A stretch of 64,000 nucleotides of DNA, taken from positions 3,065,584 through 3,129,583 of the forward strand of contig NW_003526944.1 of NCBI RefSeq assembly GCF_000181795.1, in the 5' to 3' direction. Positions 49,001 to 60,820 of this stretch are shown in pieces. Position 1 is the stretch's first letter. Every line of letters begins with the position of its first letter. The DNA comes from Trichinella spiralis (lineage: Eukaryota). Made by a program: the position numbers and the translations under genes. The notes under the pieces were generated by a model. That model made no database searches. It worked only from the letters and a program-made list of their open reading frames with translations, and was not told the origin of the DNA.

Positions 49001-50765
49001 AAGTGTTTTTTTCGTTCTCTGATTTTCGTCAGTTTAATCAGATTATGTTATTTTGTTTTTTGATAAATTTGCAAATTATATAATGTGTAAAGATATTCAC
49101 GACATTAAAATAAAGTAAGTTTTGTCCATTCATATCAATTCTAAACTGGAACTAAAATATTCCGCATAATCTCAACTTAGTATTATTGTCCAGAAATTTT
49201 GATTTTGCATAACCAGTTTTGCTGCAATGATTTTTGCACATGTGAAATTTCATTATCAGAAAAATCGTCAAATACTGAAAAGCTACTTCGGTTAAAATGT
49301 TAATCAGTTAGAAGATGTGTGACGACTGAATTTTTAATGAGCAATTCGTAGCGTCGTTGTTTTCATATTGCACTGTTACTTTCACTGTTTTTTCTTCACG
49401 ATGTTTCTTTTGCTTTTGTTTTTTTGCTGAGCACTGTCAAGATTGTTTCAGCATGGTGAAGAAAAATTTCTAGTAGAGAAAGGCAATACTTTAATGACGC
49501 TCTGCAGCAAGTGAATAATAAGGTATTGATTTTAGTGATTTTTTATGAAATAAATGCATGCTACACCAACAAACATAAAGATATTACTCAATGTAAATGG
49601 ATTTTGACGTGACTGTTTAAGAAAATTTCTCTTTATCGAAAAATCATCATGTAAATGAGAAAACATAATTCGGTGATAATTTTTTAGTAATTAGGCAGTT
49701 TAAATTAAATGCAACAAATACTAATATGCAGTGTTGGTTATGGGGATTTTTTAGTCAACTTTAGTCGTTTTCTGATTGTACTGTTATTTTTTGTCCAAAT
49801 TGCTTTCTTTTGCTTTCAGTGTTTAAGTTGTGCTTGCGTACAAGACAATAATGTAATACTTATTTTGCTTTCAGTTTAAAGTGCTTGCATTTTATGAAAA
49901 ATGTTGATGTTGTTTGTTTCTGCATGCATAAAACGATATTGTTTAACAAAAAACACAGTATATGACAGTAGTAACTGATTGTTTTTACAACGGGTAAATA
50001 ATTACGCAAAAGCAACAGTAAAATAATGTAGTGCAGTAGTTAGTTAGTCGTATACTTTGTGATATTTGTATATTTTGAGAGTGTATTGCATTTCAAATTG
50101 AACAAAATAATTAAAACGTTTGAGAAAAGCAAAATGATTCAAAAACAAATGGTATACTGTAAGTGTAGTTATTTACACCGCTTGCGTCTGATTGGCCTTA
50201 GCAATTCATCGTGGAATCGATTTTTCGATTGGATTCCACCTCATTCGGCAATTAATCAAACTGATGCTCAAAATTTGCCATCCTTGGAGCGTTGGTGGCT
50301 GGCAGCGGGTGGTTGGTTTTGACATACTGTAACGAGGCTGTTTAGTCGAGGCGTTGTGAATTTGCCATTCGAAATCCCGACGGATCGAACGAAACTCGGC
50401 AAAAATCGAAGTGCTATTTTGCTGCTGCTGCTGCTGCTGCTATTGCTTTTGAAATTTTATCATTCAAACAAAAGAAAACAAAACAAAAAAAATTATATAA
50501 AACAGCGCAATTGAATGAATTTTTTTCGTTTTTGATTTGTTCAAGATTAAGATTCTAAATTTAGTTCAATTGGTATGGTGGGTGGAAAATTTTTCATATG
50601 AACAATTTCACAGTTTCGTGTAAATTTTACAAAATGTTCACGTCGTATGTTGCATAAATGGTCGAGAAATGTTGCAAACGGTTTTTGCCTGTTGTTTTTG
50701 ACCAGTGTAAACATGAAAAAGCTTCGCTATGCATTTTACCAAGTGGCAGCTGAAAATGCAACGTT

Positions 50766-50766
<1 letters not shown>

Positions 50767-50796
<30 letters not shown>
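50767..50796. repeat. (GA)n microsatellite
   Basis: Read directly. Confidence 0.9.
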
Positions 50797-50800
<4 letters not shown>

Positions 50801-53461
50801 CGTAGAATGCAAAAATATTCTGAATGCCACATTTTTTTGGTGAGTGAGATAGCAATCTTTCTGTCAAGCAAGAAGCTGACTCGTCAGTCTTTCTGCTAGT
50901 AGGCACACCAGCAGCTTATGCTATGTATACAGCAAAAAATAAGTGGGCGTAGTTGTTTTTTTCTTGTTTATCAATTGTACAACAGATTATTTAATGTTGA
51001 CTTTCAACGATGACTTTTCATCTTTTTTCTAAATGGGTGTTGCAGCTTATTGTTTAACTTTTTAAAATTAAATCAACAGATTTGTTGTCAGAGAAAGAAA
51101 GCAAAAAAAAATAAATAAATTCAAATACATATATTACCTTATTTAAATGGAGCGTTTTGTAAAAGCACAATGTTGTTTAGCCTTTAACAATGAAAAGTAC
51201 ATTTTTCTTACAAGTGATGCAAACAGTTATAATTGTGAAACAAATTCAACATTTCATTTCAATTCATTGATTGTTGAAATACATGTATATATTTTTTTTT
51301 CTAAATATTTTACTTAGAAGATTTTCAAGTGATCATTTATGTCAGCCTGGTTTCTTAAGCTTTGTCGTCAAATTCTTTGAATATTTCAAAATTTTAGATT
51401 AACATCAGCAACATGAATTGGTAAATTGGTTATTTTTGCAAATGAATTTTTTATATTTGTCTTCGACAATAAAATTTTAGTATTTGTTATTTAAAAGAAT
51501 TTGCACGATTCAAATTTTAGCATTCTATTAATTAATTTTCATATAACGAAAATAAAAAAAACAATGGAAATAAAAATTGAAATTGTTCGTTTTTATGCAA
51601 CGATTGTGGCACATTTGCAACATCTAATGATGATGATGATGAAGTGGTTGATGTAGAATTTCAAGTTGTTGTTCAAGATGTAGTAAAAACAAGCGAAAGA
51701 AAGCAATTAAATTTCGAAAAAAAAGTACTTTTACAAATTGCTAATTTTTTATCCAATTACATACATGCAGTTATTGAAATTGTTTTCCCAAGTCTGATGA
51801 GAATGAGGATATTGATTAGCTGTTGTTTGTTATTTGTTATGCTTGTGTTAAGTGACGTAGAAAGTTGTTCAGATTATATTTCTGAAACGTCTCTTTCAGC
51901 AATTTCTTAATTGAAAAGGTGGTTTAAAGAGAACAAACAGCATGAATGGGATCAGGGTGGGGGGAAGGGGAGAAACTGATAAGAACTAGTGTCACATAAG
52001 GAGTAGTTGGTTGGTTTTTGGATAACTGTTTTCAAGGAGCTGCCATTTGAAGAGTATGTCAACATGTCGTCGTCGCATAGTTGGCGTTGAGGATTGTTTT
52101 ATCACGCCGATTGGTTTTTCGAAGGGTCAGGGAATTTTGCCTGTCCATCACAAAGATGACAAATTGGTCACCTTGAACCGTATTTGGCTCAGCCACGCAC
52201 GCACATACACACACGGACAGCAACATATGCATGCATATATTACAGTCAGTCAGACCAGTCGAATTGCCAGCCTTTTTCAAGCACTGGCCTGGCCTTTTTA
52301 GCCGCTGGCGCGTTGTCGATTTTTCTTCCAGCCGGACGGAACCCATTTTCGAAACTTCTCCAATCTTTTGGTTCGCTTCATTTTCCAAATGAGCAGTTAG
52401 TTAACCGTTTGTGGACCGGTTTATTCATCGAGGAATTTGACACAGCGCTTGTCAAGCTTTTTTCATTCCAATCTTCCAGACCCCGTTGACGAATCGTCTT
52501 CGTCAACTCAACCAAAATATACGCCGTTGAAAATTTTTTTCCTTCAACTCTTAATGCCGCTAATCACCGCTTACCCTCCAAACCGTCACTTAATTTAAAC
52601 AGTTACAGTTGTAGCAGTTGACAATTGGCCACTTATTGTGAATTATTGAATAGTTTGTTTCAAAAAATCTGGCCCATTTTGTGTCACTTCAGTCCACTTG
52701 ACATTCTACAGTATGCACAGACAACAGTAAATTGAATGCTGTTATTACAAAAGGACGAAAAAAAAATCTTATTAACCAACGATAAAACATATTTCATGTA
52801 ATATTCTTTTGTTTATAATTACATGACATGGAAAAACATAGAAAAAAGGTGCAATTTTCATCCAAGTTGAATGGCTCATATTTTTCTGTTCATTCTTATA
52901 GCCTAATTTTAGCAGTTTGTCATTGTTGTGTTTGTTGTTGGAAAACAAAAGAATATACATATATGTATGTAATCCCGATAAGCATCATATTACTATTGTT
53001 CAGTTAATTAGTTATTTCAAGTAGTAATTACTTGTTTGCACAACAAACAGAATCAATGATGAATAATTACCTCTCTCGAAAGCATGTTATAGTAAACACT
53101 GGATATCAAATGTGCAGAAAAAAGGTAAAGAGAAAAGCAAGAAACGAAAAAAAAGTAGTTTTTTGAAAGTATGTTGCTTTCGTTTACTTGAGTTTATGTT
53201 TTGTTATAAATATTTTTTTAAATTAAGTCTTATAGTAAATAATGTATTATTTTATGAACAGTAACATAAGAAACTGCTTTGCGGTATTTTGGTTTAGTTG
53301 ATGGTTTCATTGAGATTCGATTTGTTGATTTGTTAAAATTTGAAAAAGCAGAGTCTTGCTTTTTAAAAAGCTTCTTCTTCTTCTTGTTGATCAAGTTTCA
53401 GAAATTCAAAAAGTGAGACAGCAAGAGAGAGAGAGAGAGTAAATTGCAATAGACTGTCTGT

Positions 53462-53518
53462 GATAAATTTTGAAGATACCGGTAATATTTTTGGGTCACC
53501 GGGGATTTCTGTTTATAA
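53462..53518 (+). ncRNA. Candidate pre-miRNA hairpin with miR-36-family seed on the 3' arm
   Basis: 3' arm TCACCGGGGATTTCTGTTTATA (53496-53517) pairs imperfectly with ATAAATTTTGAAGATACCGGTAAT; about 18 pairs including G-U by manual count. Confidence 0.25.
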
Positions 53519-56500
53519 GTGAATGGTGTGATTCACTCTGACATGCTTCCTTTGATTGCCCAGATTAGCAGCAACTACCGATTTATTCATCAATGACTCT
53601 TGCTGCCGGTTGAATTTTAATTGATGTCCGTGAAATAATAATAATAATAATAATAATAGTAAGTGTTGCAATTAAAATTCCATCTTCAAACAGCAGCTAA
53701 CAATATGTAGTTGTTGTTTTTTTTATAAAATCGAAATTATGCCTCATTCGTAGGAACTTTTATTAGTGTTGTATTTCTTTTTCTTTTTTCTTTCAACTAG
53801 TAATGCTCAAATCGATATTTGTATTATTTGCAATCCTGGCGAAGGAAGATTTGAAACAAATTTTCTCCATATTGCATTTTTGTATGTATCAGCAAAATGT
53901 ACCAAGTAAGCAAAGACACTTTTCAGCAATAGACAATTATTTGGAGTGCAATGCATACATAATATACATACATGTATATAATTTTGCTCTTATTCTTTTT
54001 TCAGTCACGAAAACTTTTACACGAATTTATGCTAAATTAAAGCCACCAAATAGTATTACTTTTCACATGTTGAGAAAGAAAATGGTGAATGTTATTTTTT
54101 TTCTCTTCTATTTATTCATCGATGTAGCAGATAAGTTTGATTTGATAAAATTGAAAATTGCTTTTTATTTGAGCGGCAAGTTCTGTTTGCAACTTGCAGT
54201 CAAATCTGTGCTTATCACTTGAACAGTAAAAACATTTTAGTCAAAAAAAGAAAGCTAGAAAATGTTTTGACTACGTTTATAGTTTTATTGTTGTTTATTT
54301 TTTATTGCTAGTTTTTTGTAAATCATTTTCGTTTGCAACCGTCGTGTGAGCTATTTTTTCGTATTTCAGTTAGATAAAGCTGTGCAGAAAAGCGCTTTTG
54401 TTGCCATATATATATTTTCATTTGTAACTTGTAATATTTGTATCAGTGTTGCTTGCTGTTCGCTTTTCTTCACAATGATACTTTTTGGGTAGTAGTTAAA
54501 CATTTAACAGGCAGGTTGGCTTTTCTTACAATAATTGTACAGTTTGAAAGTTTGGAAGACGGTTGAAGCTGAGAAAGCTGCTCTCTTAAGCCGGTGCACT
54601 GTATGAATTCGGGATGTATGAGCAGCAACAGCAGCGAGCTGCTGCATCATTTGCATATTTTAACACATCATCATTGTCGTCATTTTTATCAACAAAAGCA
54701 TTTGATGTTCGCCGACGTTTCTGTATAATGCACAAAAGGTTGGCCACGTCCTTTTCTTTTATATTTCTTAATAGCTGAAGAACGACTAGCGTTTTCTTTA
54801 TTTATTATTATTATTAAGCTCATCTATTATTATTATTATTGCTGATTTATTTTCTCAAAAATGCGACGTGTTAAAAATTTGAATCTTTTTTAAAAAGATT
54901 ATAATTTTAAGAAAACAATTTATTTCAATAACTTTGAAATCAACCGAGTGAAATTATTTTTAATGCTGTTCACTGGAATTCTTCGCATGCATGCATGTGT
55001 CTTTAACTGTTTTATTAATAATCAGTGCGCTAAAGTTACGCATTATTTTGCTGCAATATAAAAAAAAAGAAATATTCTAGCAGTACAATATTTTCAATCG
55101 TTTGCGTTTAGCTTCATCCACTTACTTTCTATTTTGCACTTGTTGAAAAATATACCATCTAAAAATAATGTATTCAAGAATGTATCTTTTTAGTGTAGCA
55201 ACTCTGAAAGTTTCATTGTTCAAGCACAGAAGGTTAAAAACATTAAATAAATACAAAAATATGCCTTTACTGTAAAAGTTTACACCAGTATAAGTTGCAG
55301 AATCATCAGTTTTCACAAGTGATCCGTTTTCCACTTTGCGAATTTGTAAATTTCAAGCATATCGAGTAGTAATTCGTTGTTTTTCTGCTCTGGAGAAGTT
55401 CATGCTGAAATTGTTATGAAATAATCATATTTTATTGGTCGCTTATCATCAAATTTTAAACAACTGATTTAAAAAATGATTGATTATTTTATTTGCACTG
55501 ATATGTTTTTTTTGCTAAATACAAATTTATTGAATTTTGATTTAGCTGTTTTGAAAGTTAAAAATTGCTCTTTGCAATTTATCATAGGATCCAGTTTTGA
55601 GATGATTAATTCTAATTACACCAAGATAATAATAATATTTACATTCAAATTAATGAATTTATATGAATTCGTTTTTCGCTAAATTTAAACCTGTTTACTT
55701 TGCTTTCAGTTATTTATAAAATTGTAATTTAGTTTTTTCGATTTGTTCTTCATTGAGCTATGTTTTTACATACATGATTTGAGCTGATTTATTGTTAGTG
55801 AAATAGGTATAAAATGGAAATTAATATGGTTTAGAGTGTTTGCTTCTGTTCTGATGTGGGAATTTATTATTTTTCAGTAAATGCAACGGAACCATCTCTG
55901 AATGTTTCTGTGGATGATTTTTTAAAAGCTCGGGATGATTACAAGAATATATATATATATATGAATTTGAATAACTTATTTTGGTTGGGTTGGATATGCT
56001 TCAGCGTAAGATAACTGCAGTTTTTCATTATTTCGTACATGTGATATATTTGAATGAAAGATTTCAAAAAAAGATAAGCGAGCATGAATTGAAATAATAA
56101 TTAATTTGTCCGTTGTTCATTTCTTCACAGGCAGTATGTGTCTTCGTCCGTTTTAACACCTTCTACAGATGAGGCTGACCTCTTTATTAAACTGTTAAAC
56201 AGGCTATCGCTTAAAATTAACTTGTCCGATGCCTGCGTTCATTTTCTTGTTCAATGCTAAAATTCCTGTTTAGCAGTCTCAGAATGCAGAAATTGCTTCT
56301 GGAATAATAACAATAGAACAGTGGAACGGAGCAATTCCAATGCGTAGATTCGTTTATTTCACCACAGATTATGTACAAAGATAATTTTTCTTTAATCAAA
56401 ATGGTACTTACTTCCAATTATTATACTGATGATCAAATAATAGAACATTTAAGCGTTGTGGATTATTTATTTTTGTTTATTTACTTTTATATTACTCTCG

Positions 56501-57338
56501 TTGTTCGTTATTCACATACTTGACAAAACTGTTTATCCGATATAGTTCTAGTTTTAGCGGTGTTATTCCAAGGCTGTTGTTTCAAGTCCATGTTCTTCAA
56601 GAGAGACATGATGATGATTCGTCGAATTTATTTTGTTACATGTTCTGAAAAATCACAATTTCTCAAAAAATAATGACTTTGTGCATGGGTTTCAGGTATT
56701 TGTGAGCCAACAAGTATATTTTAAACAGGCACATTTTTTTGCGCTGCATTGTGATAATAAGTTGGTTTTGCATTGCAAATGTCCTGGGGAGTATGTTTGC
56801 TTACTTTGAAGAAAAATGTTTGACTGATTTTTCTTCTGGTGGGGTTTGGCTGTCTGGGCAAAATGTAGCAGTCGAAAAATTCAGCTTGAAAAGTTACGTG
56901 TCTGTGACTGACTGTCGTGCGTGTTCACGACACTGACTCCTACCTACGTTGGCAAAGATTATTCATTGGTTACAGTATGATACTGTGAAATGTCACTAGC
57001 ATCAGCGGGTGTCAGTTGAGCTGAGCGCCTATAGAAATAGCCACTAAATTTCCTTTCAACTACAAATGGCGCTAGAATCGACAAAAACGGCATATCAATT
57101 ACGATGCCAATCACGGGCGCGTGGACTAATGCTGTTCGTGCTCCGCCCATTAGTTGGGCATGTGAATTGTCATTAGATCATTTTTGAGTTTTATATTTTG
57201 TACAATTTTTGTGATGAAGGTGTAATTTATAAAGAGTTCAGTTTTGTTTTTGCTTCGCTTCGCAAACAGAGTCCCTTGTTTTGGGGAAGATTTTGTCCAC
57301 CGACGGTTGGCCTGGCCGTGTGCCGGCGTTGTGTTCTC

Positions 57339-57394
57339 CTTTGTTCAATAGTGATTGGCTGGGGTTAGAATGAAAGCTCTTTGTTGATTGGCCA
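57339..57394 (+). promoter_or_regulatory. Candidate GATA proximal promoter with two inverted CCAAT (NF-Y) boxes
   Basis: TGATTGGCT and TGATTGGCC (ATTGG at 57354 and 57387). Downstream G|GTAAGC donor at 57545 and TTGTAG acceptor ending at 57742, 7 nt before the ATG. Confidence 0.5.
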
Positions 57395-57749
57395 GTGCTG
57401 GCTCGTCAGCAGCATGACTGCGGTCGGCCAGCTTTCGTCAATTTCAATCTGTCATCCGCCACTCTTGCGCCGCTCAAACTTTGCCGCAGAGGCCAGCCAC
57501 GATTGCTGACTTTCTCGTCTAATCAAATCGTGTCATCATTTCGGGTAAGCGAGAAATAGCCAAGCATCATCGTCTTCTTGAATGGTGTATGGAAGTGCTC
57601 TTTCACAGTACTCCTTTTGAGAATTCAATCTTCAACCAGTGGTGCTAGGTTGCAAAAATTCAAATTTCCAACAGTGTTCATAATTTACACAAACATATAT
57701 CTGTATACAAATAACACCGATGTGCAGTGTTTTGTATTGTAGAGAAAAA

Positions 57750-58415
57750 ATGGACTACTTCACGCCTACTATGTCGAATTTGTACAATGCGCAGCAAATG
57801 GTTGCCACTTGCGGAGGAAGCGACTCGTTGTCAACAATATTCAGCTCCAGTTCTGACTCCAGTGATTCTACAACGACCACTGCTGTTGTGTCATCCGTAG
57901 CAGCGGCATCGCATGGATCACGAACACCAACCGGTGCAAATTCAACATTGTCGGGAAGTGAATTCAGCTCACCAACTTCAGCTACATCACCAGTTAAGCC
58001 GGCCACTTACTATGCCGCTCAAGGCCATTCATACGCTTACTCCTCAGGTAGATAGACCATAATGAGCAGGCAGTGTATTTTTGCAGTTGTGATATCTGAT
58101 AAACGTACAATTATCCTATAGGAAGTAATGGGCCAGCTGGGTTATATCACAGTCCCTTTCACCCGGCATTGGCATCAAGCCTCAGTCTGCCCCCCAGTTG
58201 GCTGAACAGTTGCTCAGAAAATGGCAAAGCAGCGTTAACAACCGGCGGTTGGCATCCAGGAAGTTTTGCACATCTCAGTCCATCAGCGCTGTATTCCGCC
58301 ATGCCTGCTTCAGCCAATTTAGCCAAAGGTGCCGCAGATTTGTCAAGCAGCAGCGATTGTGCCAGCAACAACTACCAGACTAGTGTGATTACCCACTCCA
58401 GCGTCGAAGTGATCA

Positions 58416-58446
<31 letters not shown>

Positions 58447-60319
58447 ACATCAGACTGCGTTTGGGCCGAACGTATCCAGCGCCACCGCCTTGAATGATCA
58501 CTATCCACCGAGTATTTTGGCAGCTGGTTCCGCTGCTGCAGCTGCCGCGAGCTCATTTTTGACCAGTTATCATCACGCTTACGGACCGCAGACACCTGAT
58601 TACGGCAGTTTGGCATTTCACTCCAACATGCTTGCCCGTAGCTTCCAACAGTGTTCAAACAGAGTGAAATCAAAAAGTCGAAGCTTAACCGGTAAAGCAC
58701 AATTGCATTGCATGCATGCAGTTGACAAACAATAATATTTGTATTCCTTGTATTTATTATTATTATTATTATTATTTATACAGAAGGTCGAGAATGTGTA
58801 AATTGTGGAGCCACATCAACGCCACTTTGGCGGCGTGATGGCACAGGACATTACCTATGCAATGCTTGTGGACTGTACCACAAGATGAATGGTCACAATC
58901 GACCACTGATAAAGCCGAAAAAACGTTCGGTAAGTGTGGGAAGAGTTTGCACGTGAACGGTACCCTGTGTAGAGTCAGTGTATATAGTATGTGGTGTGTG
59001 TATTTCTTTTGATCATTTTCCTTCTCGCTTTCATCTTTCAACCGTAAAACGATCGATTTGCGCAAAGCCGCCAGAATGATGACAGTCACTGTCAACGGTG
59101 CATCGGCTTTTCCTGACCGCTCAGGCAATTAAGGAATCGCGGCGCCATTTTGCTGTCCTTTCAAGCTTGATGACCGCTGGTCAGTGGGCCGCTGCTGTCG
59201 CTCGATGCCAATTACCATTGATGACATAATGACATACTGGTCGTAAATGGCGTAGTACTTGGTCGGCTTTTCATGGTCGACCTCAGCTCACAAAAATATC
59301 ACATTTGGTAACCGGATGTGATTTTTTAAGTGGACTGTTTATTGCTGGTCATTTTTTCTTCCACATCATCATCTTTTGTTGTTGAATGAAAACTGTTATA
59401 ACTTTATTGTTTTATCAATGTGGTGGTGCGTTTTGTTTCAATTATTAATAAGCTTAACACCCGTAACAATAACACCACCAGTAATAGTAGTATCATAACG
59501 ATATTATGAGTAATAATAATAATATTATTAATAAGTCAGCATGTTTAAAAATAGGATTTATAAATAAAGGCTGCTAGAAGTTTTTTTTTACACTTTTATC
59601 TGCAAAAATTTTCATCATAGTACAACAGTGATTTTGATGCATTAGTTTGATAGTTTTTGAAGATAAAAATGCTGAATGCTGTTGCGTGTTGTTATTACGG
59701 GATATGAAGAAAAAACATTTGTTTTTTCTTCTGAGATTGAAATTTTTCGATTGTGCAAATGAAAGGAAGAGAGAGAGATGTATTGAGGAGGTGGCGGTTT
59801 TAAAGCGTCGCGGCGCCTGCTCGTCCCTCGTGGCTTTTGCTGAGCAATTGGCGACAAGCAGCTTGCAATTTGCGTTATTTTTTCGACACACACCCGACGG
59901 GTCGTTTTTCAGAAGCGGCATTTCAAGTTTGTCATCCATAGCCGAGCAGACACGCTATTACCGTCTTTTCGTTACAATTAATCTTCATTAGCACGCGCTA
60001 GCGGCGGCCTCCACAACACAGTCACAGAGTGGAGGAGGAGGAGGAGGGTTCTTTGGTTTCTGTTGATCCTTTTTTTTAGTTGCTTTTCTTTTCCATCTCG
60101 TATAATACTAATCCCCACTACACTATATAATGATATATATATATATATATATATTAATGGAAGCTGATGAAATATACTTTTATTTATTTTCAGTCAGCCA
60201 GCAAACGCACCGGCATTAATTGCGCCAATTGCGGAACAAACACAACCACTCTTTGGAGACGCAATCAAAATGGCGATCCTGTGTGCAACGCCTGTGGCCT
60301 ATACTACAAATTGCACAAC
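57750..60319 (+). CDS. elt-1: GATA1/2/3-class double zinc-finger transcription factor (elt-1/grain-like), 3'-partial; exons 57750-58047, 58122-58691, 58784-58929, 60194-60319
   Basis: N-finger [49 protein letters not shown]-finger [33 protein letters not shown] followed by GTAAGT. The expected basic-tail exon was not found before 64000. Confidence 0.95.
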
Positions 60320-60720
60320 GTAAGTATTGAGAACGACGTTTAATTTTCGTGTGATGTGCTGATGGGCAAGTAGCAACAACAATGAATTTTATCTCAGCTA
60401 GCATGTGTATGCGCAGCGAAACGGTGACCCATTTTAGCATGCTTTTATATTTGAAAAAAAAAACGCGAAAGCAACAGATTTTTGGCTAACAGAATTAATT
60501 TTTCATCATCTCAGCCAGCGACGACTGCACATGCAACAGTTGTCCAAAGCAATCTTCGGTCGTCTGGCGCTTATTTTTCTCTTTCTCTCTAATCAGCGCG
60601 TCAGACACGGACCAAATGATGCATTGGAACAGGCGAGCATTGTTTGAAAAGTCTTTTTTCCTTGTCCACGCCGACTCATCGTTTATCCAACGACGGGGCT
60701 GTGTGTTTTTGGCTGAAGAA

Positions 60721-60820
60721 ATTATTATTATTATTATTATTATTATTGGGAAGTGAATGCTGTGTTGTTGTCAAGCTTCTCATTATTATTATTATTACTA
60801 TTACTATTACTATTATTATT
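60721..60820. repeat. Two (ATT)n/(ACTATT)n tracts in the GATA intron
   Basis: 60721-60747 and 60782-60820, read directly. Confidence 0.85.
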
